In this document: positions 22,876-31,365 of the stretch, one piece after another
How positions within the stretch are numbered: the stretch's first letter is position 1
Layout of the letters: every line of letters starts with the position of its first letter
Source of the DNA: an uncultured Spirochaetota bacterium
Lineage (GTDB): Bacteria; Spirochaetota; Spirochaetia; SZUA-6; CAVTHK01
NCBI GenBank assembly: GCA_963734495.1
Contig: CAVTHK010000003.1
Coordinates: 259,660 to 323,659 of the forward strand
Reading direction: 5' to 3'
Length of the DNA stretch: 64,000 bases
The notes under the pieces: generated by a model
Told to the model about the DNA's origin: nothing
The model's input: the letters and a program-made list of their open reading frames with translations, nothing else
Database searches by the model: none
Translations under genes and position numbers: made by a program

Positions 22876-24369
22876 CTACGGGCCGGCCGAGAGGATCTCC
22901 CTGACGACGCTCGCCTCGTCCCACGTCCGGGGGCCGTCGGCGTAATCGATGCTCTTCTCGTGCCCCTTGCCCAGGCACATGACCACGTCGCCCGGCCGCG
23001 CCGCCCCGAGGGCGGCCCGCAGCGCTTCGCGCCGGTCGGGGATCAGGCGCACCTCGGCCGCTCCCTTCGCCCCGGAGGCGATCTGGCGCAGGATCTCCAT
23101 GCGATCCTCGCCCCGCGGGTCCTCATCCGTGAGCACCATGAGGTCCGCGAGCTCCGAGGCGACGCCGCCCTGCGCCGGGCGCTTCTCCACGTCGCGCTCG
23201 CCGCCCGAGCCGAAGACCACGATGAGGCGGCCGCGGGCCAGGCCGCGGATGAACCCGAGCACCTTGCGGAACGCTTCGGGCGTGTGGGCGAAATCCACGA
23301 ACACGTCGAACGGCTGGCCGCAGTCGACGCGCTGCAGGCGCCCGGTCGGCGCGCTGAGGCGCGGCCCGAGGGCCGCCAGATCGGCAAGCGCTTCGCCGGT
23401 GTGCACCGACACCGCCAGCAGCGCGCCCAGGAAGTTCTCGACGTTGTGCCTGCCCGGCAGCGTGAGGCTCGCGGAGTGCTCGCCCGAGCGGCTGCGCAGC
23501 CGGAACCGGCTTCCCCATGCCCCGGTCTCCAGATCGCGGGCCTCGAGGTCAGCCGCCGCGCTGTTCAGGCTGAAGGTAAGCGTCGAGTGGGGCGCGCCCG
23601 CCTCCTCGAAGAGCCTCCAGTGCGCGTCGTCCCTGTTGGCGACTCCGAAGCTCGTCTCCGCGGGCTTGAGCCCGCGGAACAGGTTCGCCTTGTCGCGCCT
23701 GTACTGCTCGAGGCTGCCGTGGAACTCGCGGTGCTCCGCGGTCACGTTGGTGAGGACCGCGACGTCGAAGGCCACGTCGGCGAGGCGCGCCGTGCGGGCC
23801 GAGAGCCCGTGGGAGGTCGCTTCGACGATCGCGAACGCGCAGCCCGCGTCGCGGATCTCCGCGAGGATCCGGTGCACTTCGTGGGCCTCGGGCGTCGAGG
23901 TGTGAATCGGGTTCGGCCGGGGAGGCCCGGAGGTCTTGATGTCGACGCTCGAGAAGAAGCCGCTGCGCTTCCCCGTCATCTCGAGAAGCTGCTGGATCAT
24001 CCACACGGTGGTGCTCTTGCCGTCGGTTCCCGTGACGCCGATCACGCGCAGGGCGCGGTCGGGGTGATCGTAGAGCGCGGCCGCGGCCGCCGACATCGCG
24101 GCGCGGGTGTCGTCGACGCGCACGTACGCGCGGTCGGGGCGATAGCTCGGGAGCTCCGCCGAATGGAGCACCGCGGACGCGCCGCGATCGAGGGCCTGCT
24201 CGACGTAGCGGTGCCCGTCGGTGTGGATGCCCGGAAACGCCGCGAACAGCCAGCCGGGGGCGACGTGCCTCGAGTCGATCGCCAGGCCGCGGATCACCGA
24301 GTCGGCCCTCCCGCGCAGGCGGGCCCCGTGCATCCCGGCGGTCAGGGCGTCCAGTGTCTTTTCGGGCAT
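22876..24369 (-). CDS. murE: Mur ligase family protein, MurE-like (UDP-MurNAc-tripeptide synthetase)
   Basis: Intact 497 aa from the ATG at 24369, with VTGTDGKSTT and DFAHTPEA plus C-terminal domain motifs. It is not part of a dcw cluster here. Confidence 0.75.
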   Translation of the reverse strand: MPEKTLDALTAGMHGARLRGRADSVIRGLAIDSRHVAPGWLFAAFPGIHTDGHRYVEQALDRGASAVLHSAELPSYRPDRAYVRVDDTRAAMSAAAAALYDHPDRALRVIGVTGTDGKSTTVWMIQQLLEMTGKRSGFFSSVDIKTSGPPRPNPIHTSTPEAHEVHRILAEIRDAGCAFAIVEATSHGLSARTARLADVAFDVAVLTNVTAEHREFHGSLEQYRRDKANLFRGLKPAETSFGVANRDDAHWRLFEEAGAPHSTLTFSLNSAAADLEARDLETGAWGSRFRLRSRSGEHSASLTLPGRHNVENFLGALLAVSVHTGEALADLAALGPRLSAPTGRLQRVDCGQPFDVFVDFAHTPEAFRKVLGFIRGLARGRLIVVFGSGGERDVEKRPAQGGVASELADLMVLTDEDPRGEDRMEILRQIASGAKGAAEVRLIPDRREALRAALGAARPGDVVMCLGKGHEKSIDYADGPRTWDEASVVREILSAGP

Positions 24370-24445
24370 GGCCCACGGTAGCAACTGTCGCGGCCCCGCG
24401 CAAGCGCCAGGGATGGCGCGGGCCCGGGCGCTACAGGGATGTAAA

Positions 24446-24521
24446 GCGCCCGGGCAAGCGCCAGGCAAGCGCCAGGCGCCCGGGCAAGCGCAGGCAGCGC
24501 CAGGCGCCCGCGCAAGCGCGA
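24446..24521. repeat. degenerate tandem repeat of a 28-30 bp unit (GCGCCCGGGCAAGCGCCAGGCAAGCGCCAG), about 2.5 copies
   Basis: Units at 24446-24475, 24476-24503 and a partial unit at 24504-24521. A related CGCGCAAGCGCCAGGG occurs near 24398. Confidence 0.6.
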
Positions 24522-24558
24522 TCTGGACGAGACGCGAGCGCGCGGGGTAGCATCGGGC

Positions 24559-26233
24559 GTGCTCCGGCCGGCGCTCTTCGACGACTACCTCTCGCGCCAG
24601 CTCATCCCCTACATCGGCAATAAGCGCAGGCTGCTCCCTTTCCTCGACCAGGTCTTCGAGCGGCTCGAGGCGGACAAGCCGGTGCGCGTGTTCCTCGACC
24701 CTTTTGCCGGAAGCGGCTCCGTCTCGCGCCTGGCCCGCGTGCGCGGGTGGCGGGTCATCGCGAGCGACTGGGAGCCATTCAGCGTCGAGATCAACCGATG
24801 TCACCTCGGCGTCCAGGCCTCGGAGCTACCCGCGCTGTTCGCGGGACGCGGCGGCCTGCCCGCTGTTCTCGCCGAGATGAACGGCCTGCCGCCCCCGCGG
24901 CCCGAGCAGCGCTACGTCGCGCGCCACTTCGCGCCGCGGGAGACGGCCCGGGCCGATTATCGCCGCGAGCGGCTCTTCTACAGCACGGAGAACGCCCTGC
25001 GCATCGATGCGCTTCGCAACAGGATCGAAGAGCTCTATCCCTCCGGTGGGCTCGACCCGCGATCGGCGGCCGAGCGGTCGGTCCTGCTGGCCGGGCTCCT
25101 CTACGAGGCGGCCACCCACACGAATACATCGGGTGTGTTCAAGGCGTGCCACAAGGGCTTCGGCGGCCATGGCCGGGAGGCCCTGGGCCGGATCCTCGCC
25201 GCCATCGCCCTCGCGCCGCCCGTGCTCGTCGACGCGCCGCCGGCCTGCGTCCTCGCCGGGGACGCGCTCGACGTCGTGCGCGGCCGCTCCGCCGACCTCT
25301 GCTACCTCGACCCGCCGTACAACCAGCACCAGTACGGCAGCAACTACCACCTGCTGAACACCATCGCCTTGTGGGACCGGCCGCCGGTCTCGGACGAGCT
25401 CACGCCGGAAGGCCGCCTGCGCTTCAAGGCCGCGATCCGGTCCGACTGGGTTCGGACGCGCTCCGACTTCTGCGCGCGCGCCCGGGCGCCGGCCGCCCTG
25501 CGGGCCCTGCTCGACGCGGTCGATGCCGGCCGCATCGCGCTCAGCTACTCGAGCGACGGGATCATCCCGCTGGAGGAGCTGCGCGAGACCCTCGAGGCGC
25601 GCGGCCGGGTGAGCGTCTACTCGAGCGGATACGTGAAATATCGAGGGGGAAGGCAGAGCGCCGCGCGCGAGACCAGCAACGAAGAGCTCCTCTGGGTCGT
25701 GGAGCGGGGCCGCTGCGCCGCCGCAGGCTCGCGCGCCCGCATCGACGCGCAGCTCGCGCGCGGGCGGCTCGGGCTCCTGCTCCGCGGCGCGTTCGTCCCG
25801 CGCCGCGCGGCCGAGCTGCTGGCTGCGGCCGGCGGGCAGTGCGAGCCGCTTCAGGGCGTCCGCCTGCCGATGCCATCGCTCCACCGCTTCGCCGATCCGG
25901 AGGCGGCGATCGAGCGGCTGGCCGCGCTCCCGCCCGCAGCCCGGGCCGAAGTCGAGCGGAGGCTCGCGGCCGCCCTCTGCACCGATCGCGCGGAAGAGCT
26001 CGATGTCCTGACCGCCATCCTCCCGGGCATCGCCGGGGGCGGCGAGGCGGTCCGATGGGCGCGGCGCGCCGCGCAAGCTGCTCCGCAAGCTGGCGCATCG
26101 GAAGTACGCGGAGCTCTTCGCGGCGGGCGCGCGCGGGCTGCGGGCCGTGGCGGCCGCGGCGCCCGCCTACGGCTTTCTGGCGGACGAGGTCGAGCGGCTC
26201 GAACTCCTGCTGCGCGCGCGCCTCGCGGGGTGA
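24559..26233 (+). pseudogene. D12-class (Dam-like, alpha-group) N6-adenine DNA methyltransferase with a C-terminal extension of about 190 aa; one +1 break near 26060-26075
   Basis: GTG start. YIGNKRRLLPFL, the AdoMet motif FLDPFAGSGSV, and the catalytic motif DPPYNQHQY. After the shift the tail reads RKLLRKLAHRKYAELF...ERLELLLRARLAG, with its stop at 26231-26233. Confidence 0.7.
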
Positions 26234-26234
26234 C

Positions 26235-28068
26235 CTATGATTGCGCGGCGGCCGCGAGGTGCGCTGCGAGCGCGCGGGCGGTCTCGAGGCTGACCCGCGC
26301 GCGCTCTGCCAGCTCCTCGGGCGGCGCCTGGGCGATGGCTGCCAGCGAACCGTAGCTCTCCAGCAGCACGCGGCTGCGGGACGGGCCGATGCCCTTGACG
26401 CCTTCGAGGGTCAGGCGCTCCATGGCCTTCGCCTTCTGTTTCGTGCGCAGGCTGTTCGCGAAGCGGTGCGTCTCGTCCCGCACCGCCTGCAGGACTCTGA
26501 GCGCCGACGATGAGCGGGGGAGGACGACGGCGCTCGTGGCGCCGGCCGGCCAGATCTCTTCGTTCTCCTTTGCCAGGCCCACCAGCGGGATCCCCTCGAG
26601 GCCGAGCGAAGCGAGCACCGAGGCCGCAGCGCTCACCTGGCCGCGGCCGCCGTCGACGAGGATCAGCTCCGGCCGCTCCAGGCCGTCGTTGAGCACGCGC
26701 GTGTAGCGGCGCGCCACGACCTCGCGGATCGCGGCGTAGTCGTCGATCCGGTCGCCGAGGCTGCGGATGCTGAAGTGACGGTAGCCCGATTTCTCGGGTT
26801 TCCCGTCGACGAAGCTGATCATCGAGGCGACGGTCTGTTTCCCCGCGAGATGGGAGATGTCGAAGCCTTCGATCCGGCGCGGCGGCTTCGGCAGCCCGAG
26901 GGCCTGCTGGAGGGCCTCGAGCGCGCGGCGTGCCTTCTTCGCCCTGGCCGTAGAGCTGGATGTCCTGCTCGGCGTTCTCCATGGCGAGCGCCAGGATCTT
27001 CGCGTGGCGGCCCCGCTGCGGGAAGCGCGCCTCCACCGGCGGCCGTCCGGGCCGGGCCGCGGCCAGGTACTGCGCCAGCTCGGCCGCGTCTTCGCGCACG
27101 ATCGACGGCAGGTAGGCCGCGCGGGGCGGCCGCGAGGTCACGGGCAGCTTGCCGTAGTACTGCAGCACGAACTCGGCGACGGACTCCTCGCCCGAAGAGT
27201 AGACCTCGGTGCGGTAGACCTCCTTGCCGACCATGGCGCCGTCGCGCATCTGAAGCACGACGAAGCTCGCGCGGTTGTCCCGCGCTGCGAAGCCCACGTA
27301 GTCACGGTCGCTCTCGCCGCGGGCGCCGGCCACGTCCACCACCTGCTTCTCGGGGGTGAGGTCGCGTATCGTGCGGATCTGGTCGCGGATGTGGGCGGCC
27401 TTTTCGTACTCCAGCCGGATGGACGCCTCGGCCATCGCGGCTTCGAGGTCCCCGACGAGCTCTTCCGTGCGGCCCGTGAGCAGCTTCCTGATCCGCTCCA
27501 CGTTGACCTGGTAGGCCGCCTGGTCCACAGCGCCGACGCACGGGCCCAGGCTGCGGCCCAGGTGGTAGTAGAAGCACGGGTGCCGGCGCGGCTTGAGAGG
27601 CCCCCTGCACATGCGGAGCGGGAACAGCTTGACGATGAGCGCGAGATACTCGTCGAGCCGTCCCGCCTGGGGATAGGGCCCGAAATAGCTCGACCCGTCG
27701 AACACGATGCGGCGCGTGCGGAAGACCCGCGGGTACGCCTCGTTCGTGATCCGGATGACCGGGTAGCTCTTGCCGTCCTTGAGGTTGATGTTGAAGCGCG
27801 GCTTCCACTGCTTGATCAGCGTGTTCTCGAGCAGGAGCGCGTCGTACTCGTCGCGGGTGACGATGACCTCGACGTCCGCCGCGTTGCGCAGGAGGATCCG
27901 CGTCTTGATGTCCTTGCCCGCGTTGAAGTACGAGCGGACGCGCTTGACGAGGCTCTTGGCCTTTCCGACGTAGATGATGCGCCTGGTCGCGTCCTTGAAC
28001 AGGTAGACGCCGGCCTTGTCGGGGAGCTCCTTGACCCGCTCCGAGAGCGGCGCGACCGGCTCGCTCAT
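26235..28068 (-). pseudogene. uvrC: excinuclease ABC subunit C; one +1 break near 26945-26960
   Basis: GIY-YIG N-terminus (AGVYLFKDATRRIIYVGKAKSLVKRV). After the shift: ARAKKARRALEALQQALGLPKPPRRIEGFDISHLAGKQTVASMISF, and a C-terminal HhH. The ATG at 28068 overlaps the dtxR-like stop (ATGA). Confidence 0.9.
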
Positions 28069-28562
28069 CGGGCTTCGGGGACCCCCGCGGGGCGCCGGGC
28101 GCGCGGCCGGCCCGGCCCGGCGGCCGCGCGGCGGTCGAGCCACGTCCTCTGCCGCGGGCAGCTGCCGCAGCAGTCGATGAAATCCGCGAGGCGTCCGTAC
28201 ATCTCGTCCGAGACGCGGTGCTCGAGCAGGCAGGCGTCGTCGCCGGCCGTCTTCTCGTCCAGCCCGAGGACGGAAACGAGAAACGCGCGCAGCACCTCGT
28301 AGCGGCGCATGATGCCGGTGACCGTCTTTTTCCCGCGGTCCGTGAGGGTGATCAGGTCGTAGGGGGCGTAGTTGAGGAGGCCGCGGCGCGAGAGCGAGCG
28401 GAGCGCGGCGGTGACCGACGCCTTGATCACGCCGAGGCGCCGGGCGATGTCGGTGACGCGGGCGGCGCCCTTTTCCTGCTGGATCAGCCAGGCGGCCTTG
28501 AGGTACATCTGCTGGCTCTCCGAGAGCTTCGCGGATCTGTCGACGGCGGATCCCTGTTTCAC
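28065..28562 (-). CDS. DtxR/MntR-family metal-dependent transcriptional repressor
   Basis: Intact 165 aa with a winged-helix N-terminus (SQQMYLKAAWLIQQEKGAARVTDIARRLGVIKASVTAALRSLSRRGLL). It is divergent from feoAB. Confidence 0.8.
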   Translation of the reverse strand: MKQGSAVDRSAKLSESQQMYLKAAWLIQQEKGAARVTDIARRLGVIKASVTAALRSLSRRGLLNYAPYDLITLTDRGKKTVTGIMRRYEVLRAFLVSVLGLDEKTAGDDACLLEHRVSDEMYGRLADFIDCCGSCPRQRTWLDRRAAAGPGRPRARRPAGVPEAR

Positions 28563-28624
28563 CGCGCCAATGATAGTCTCGTGCCGCCCCTTGAGTCAAC
28601 GAGCCAAACAGTGTTTGATCAGTC

Positions 28625-28653
28625 TTGACAGTGTTAGCCTCGGCAGATAATGT
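28625..28653 (+). promoter_or_regulatory. candidate sigma70 promoter of feoAB with adjacent inverted repeat
   Basis: TTGACA at 28625-28630, then GATAAT/TAATGT at 28646-28653 (spacing 15-17). Immediately downstream is TGTTTG-N6-CAAACA. ACAGTGTT occurs twice nearby. Confidence 0.4.
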
Positions 28654-28705
28654 TTGCCAAGACAAACAAAGCGGGCGGATCGGGCCGTCCGCGGGAGGGT
28701 GCGGG

Positions 28706-28957
28706 GTGCGGTGCAGTGTGGGGGAGCTCCCGGTCGGCGCGAGCGCCGTCGTGGTCGGGTACGGCGAGGCCCGCCCCGGCTACCGGGCGAGGCTTCTGTC
28801 CATGGGTCTCACGCGCGGGGCCCGGGTCCGGGTGGCCCGCCTCGCGCCGCTCGGCGACCCCGTGCAGGTCCAGGTCCGCGGCGTCTCGCTCACGCTCCGG
28901 CGCGAGGAGGCGCGGGTGCTCATCCTCGAGACCGACGACGACGCCGCGGCCGGGTGA
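28706..28957 (+). CDS. feoA: ferrous iron transport protein A
   Basis: SH3-like FeoA pattern (LPVGASAVVVGYGEARPGYRARLLSMGLTRGARVRVARLAPLGDPVQVQVRGVSLTLR). The start is uncertain: GTG at 28706 or ATG at 28625. Confidence 0.7.
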   Translation: MRCSVGELPVGASAVVVGYGEARPGYRARLLSMGLTRGARVRVARLAPLGDPVQVQVRGVSLTLRREEARVLILETDDDAAAG

Positions 28958-28971
28958 GGGAGCAACGACCC

Positions 28972-31365
28972 ATGGAATCCTGCTGCGGGACGCGCTGTCC
29001 GGCGGCTCGCCGCTGCGCGCCGGCCCCGGCCGCACGGGCGGTTGCCGCGCTGGCGGGCAATCCGAACTCGGGCAAGACGACGCTGTTCAACGCCCTCACC
29101 GGGAGCCATCAGCGGGTCGGGAACTGGCCGGGAGTGACGGTCGAACGGAGGGAAGGCGCGCTTGCCGACGGCGGGCGCGAAGCCGTCCGCGTCGTCGATC
29201 TTCCCGGCATCTACTCGCTTGCTGCCGGGTCGGAAGACGAGGTTGCCGCCCGGGACTTCCTCCTGAGCGGCGAGCCCGGCCTCGTGGTGAGCGTCGTCGA
29301 TGCGACCAGCCTCTCTCGCGGCCTGTTCCTCACCATTGGTCTCCTCGAGATGAAGGTGCCCGTCCTCGTCGTGCTCACGATGATGGACCTGGCAAGGCGG
29401 CGAGGGATCGCGATCGACGCGGAGCATCTCGCGGGTCTCCTCGACTGCCCTGTCGTGGCCGTCGACGCCACCAGCGCGAAGGACGCCGGGCGGGTCGGGG
29501 GCGCCATCCGCGCGGCGCTGGATCTCCGGCGGATCTCATCGTTCCGCGTGAGCTACGCGCCCGCGATCGAGTCGTGCCTCGCGGAGCTCGGTCCGCTGCT
29601 CGCCGGTCTCGCCGCCGGGATCGGCGCGGACGAACGGTGGGTCGCGCTCGAGCTGATCGGGGGCGACGCGTGGATCGCGCGGCGCGCGGCCGAGGCTTCA
29701 GCCGTGACTGAAGAGCATGCGGGCGGCGTCCGCCGCGGCCTGCGCGCCTCGATCGGCGAGGAGCCGGACGTCGCGGTCGCGGACGCGCGGTTCGCCCTGG
29801 CGCGCTCGCTGTCGGGCCCGGCGTCGCGGGAGCCCGCCGCGCGGGGGACGGTGACCGAGAGGGTGGACCGCGTGCTGCTCAACCGCTTCCTCGCCCTCCC
29901 GATCTTTCTCGCGGCGATGTACCTGACGTTCTGGTTCACGATGAGCGTCGGGGGCGCTTTCGTCGGTTTCTTCGACCGGATCGCGGGCACGCTCTTTGTC
30001 GACGGTCCCGCCGCGCTGCTCGCCGGCGCCGGGGCCCCCGGCTGGCTCATCGCCCTGGCCGCAGGAGGGCTCGGCGCAGGCCTGCGCGCCGTGGCGGCGT
30101 TCGTGCCGGTCCTCTTCGCCATGTTTCTTGCGCTCGCCGCGCTCGAGGAGTCCGGCTACATGGCGCGGGCCGCCTTCGTCATGGACCGCATCATGCGATG
30201 CGTCGGCCTTCCCGGGAGGGCGTTCGTGCCGATGATGGTGGGGTTCGGGTGCACGGTCCCTGCGATCATGAGCACCCGCACCCTCGAGACCCGGCGCGAC
30301 CGGTTCATGACGATCTTCATGGCGCCGAGCATGTCCTGCGGCGCGAGGCTGCCGGTCTACGCGTTCTTCGCGGCTGCATTCTTTCCGGACGCTTCCGGAG
30401 CGGTGGTCTTCTCGCTCTACGCCGCCGGTGTCCTCGTGGCGCTGCTGACCGGTCTTCTGCTCAAATCGACGCTGTTCCGCGGCGCGGAGTCCTGCTTCGT
30501 CATGGAGCTGCCGCCGTATCACGTGCCGCGGGTGCGCGCTGCGGTCGCTCAGGCGTCGTTCAGGCTCAAGGGGTTCGTGATGAGGGCGGGCGCCGCAATC
30601 GCCCTGATCGCGACCGTTCTCGGGCTGGCGAACACCATCTCCGCGGGCGGACTCCCGGCGCGCGGCGGCCGCGGCGAGACGGTCCTGTCCGCGGCGGGCA
30701 AGGTCGTCGCCCCCGTCTTCGAGCCGATGGGCGTCCGCGGCGACAACTGGCCGGCCGCGGTGGCGCTGCTCACCGGCCTGTTTGCTAAGGAAGCGGTGGT
30801 GGGGACGCTGAGCTCCCTCTACGGCCAGGGCGGGGCGGTGGAGCGGGCGGCCTCCTTTGATCCGATCGCCCGTATCCGCGAGGCCCTGGCTTCGGTCCCT
30901 GTCGGGCTGGCGCAGGCCGCGGCGCGCCTGGTCGACCCGCTGGGGCTTCGGGCGGGCGGCGCTGCGCCCCGGGACGCCGGAACGTTCGCTCGCCTGCGCG
31001 AGCGCTTCAGCCCCGCGGCTGCATACGCGTACCTGCTGTTCGTGCTGCTGTATTTCCCCTGCGTGGCGTCCATGGGTGCGGCGCTGCGGGAGATGGGAGC
31101 GGGCCTGGCCCTGGCCCTTGCCGGCTACCTCACGGCAGTCGCGTGGTCAGTGGCGACGCTGTTCTATCAGCTTGCGGCGGGGCCGAGGCCGCTGCCCGTC
31201 GCGCTCGCGCTCGCGGTGGCAGCCGCCGTGGTGGGTGTCTTTGCTCTGGCGGGAAGGAGCGGCCGCGACGCCGCGGCCGCTCCGATGGATCTGCCTACAG
31301 CCGCGACCGGGCCGCGTAGTGCGTGTGCAGCAGGTGATGCGAGCGCTCCCCGAGCGGCTCTTTGA
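28972..31365 (+). CDS. feoB: ferrous iron transport protein B
   Basis: G-domain GNPNSGKTTLFNALTG and DLPGIYSL, followed by a polytopic membrane domain. The last ~70 nt overlap the convergent hydA-like gene, so the 3-prime end is somewhat uncertain. Confidence 0.9.
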   Translation: MESCCGTRCPAARRCAPAPAARAVAALAGNPNSGKTTLFNALTGSHQRVGNWPGVTVERREGALADGGREAVRVVDLPGIYSLAAGSEDEVAARDFLLSGEPGLVVSVVDATSLSRGLFLTIGLLEMKVPVLVVLTMMDLARRRGIAIDAEHLAGLLDCPVVAVDATSAKDAGRVGGAIRAALDLRRISSFRVSYAPAIESCLAELGPLLAGLAAGIGADERWVALELIGGDAWIARRAAEASAVTEEHAGGVRRGLRASIGEEPDVAVADARFALARSLSGPASREPAARGTVTERVDRVLLNRFLALPIFLAAMYLTFWFTMSVGGAFVGFFDRIAGTLFVDGPAALLAGAGAPGWLIALAAGGLGAGLRAVAAFVPVLFAMFLALAALEESGYMARAAFVMDRIMRCVGLPGRAFVPMMVGFGCTVPAIMSTRTLETRRDRFMTIFMAPSMSCGARLPVYAFFAAAFFPDASGAVVFSLYAAGVLVALLTGLLLKSTLFRGAESCFVMELPPYHVPRVRAAVAQASFRLKGFVMRAGAAIALIATVLGLANTISAGGLPARGGRGETVLSAAGKVVAPVFEPMGVRGDNWPAAVALLTGLFAKEAVVGTLSSLYGQGGAVERAASFDPIARIREALASVPVGLAQAAARLVDPLGLRAGGAAPRDAGTFARLRERFSPAAAYAYLLFVLLYFPCVASMGAALREMGAGLALALAGYLTAVAWSVATLFYQLAAGPRPLPVALALAVAAAVVGVFALAGRSGRDAAAAPMDLPTAATGPRSACAAGDASAPRAAL

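Noticed and set aside
24370-28068. Restriction-modification system around the methyltransferase
   Set aside because: No endonuclease, specificity or helicase gene is present. The neighbours are murE and uvrC, so I treat the methylase as an orphan.
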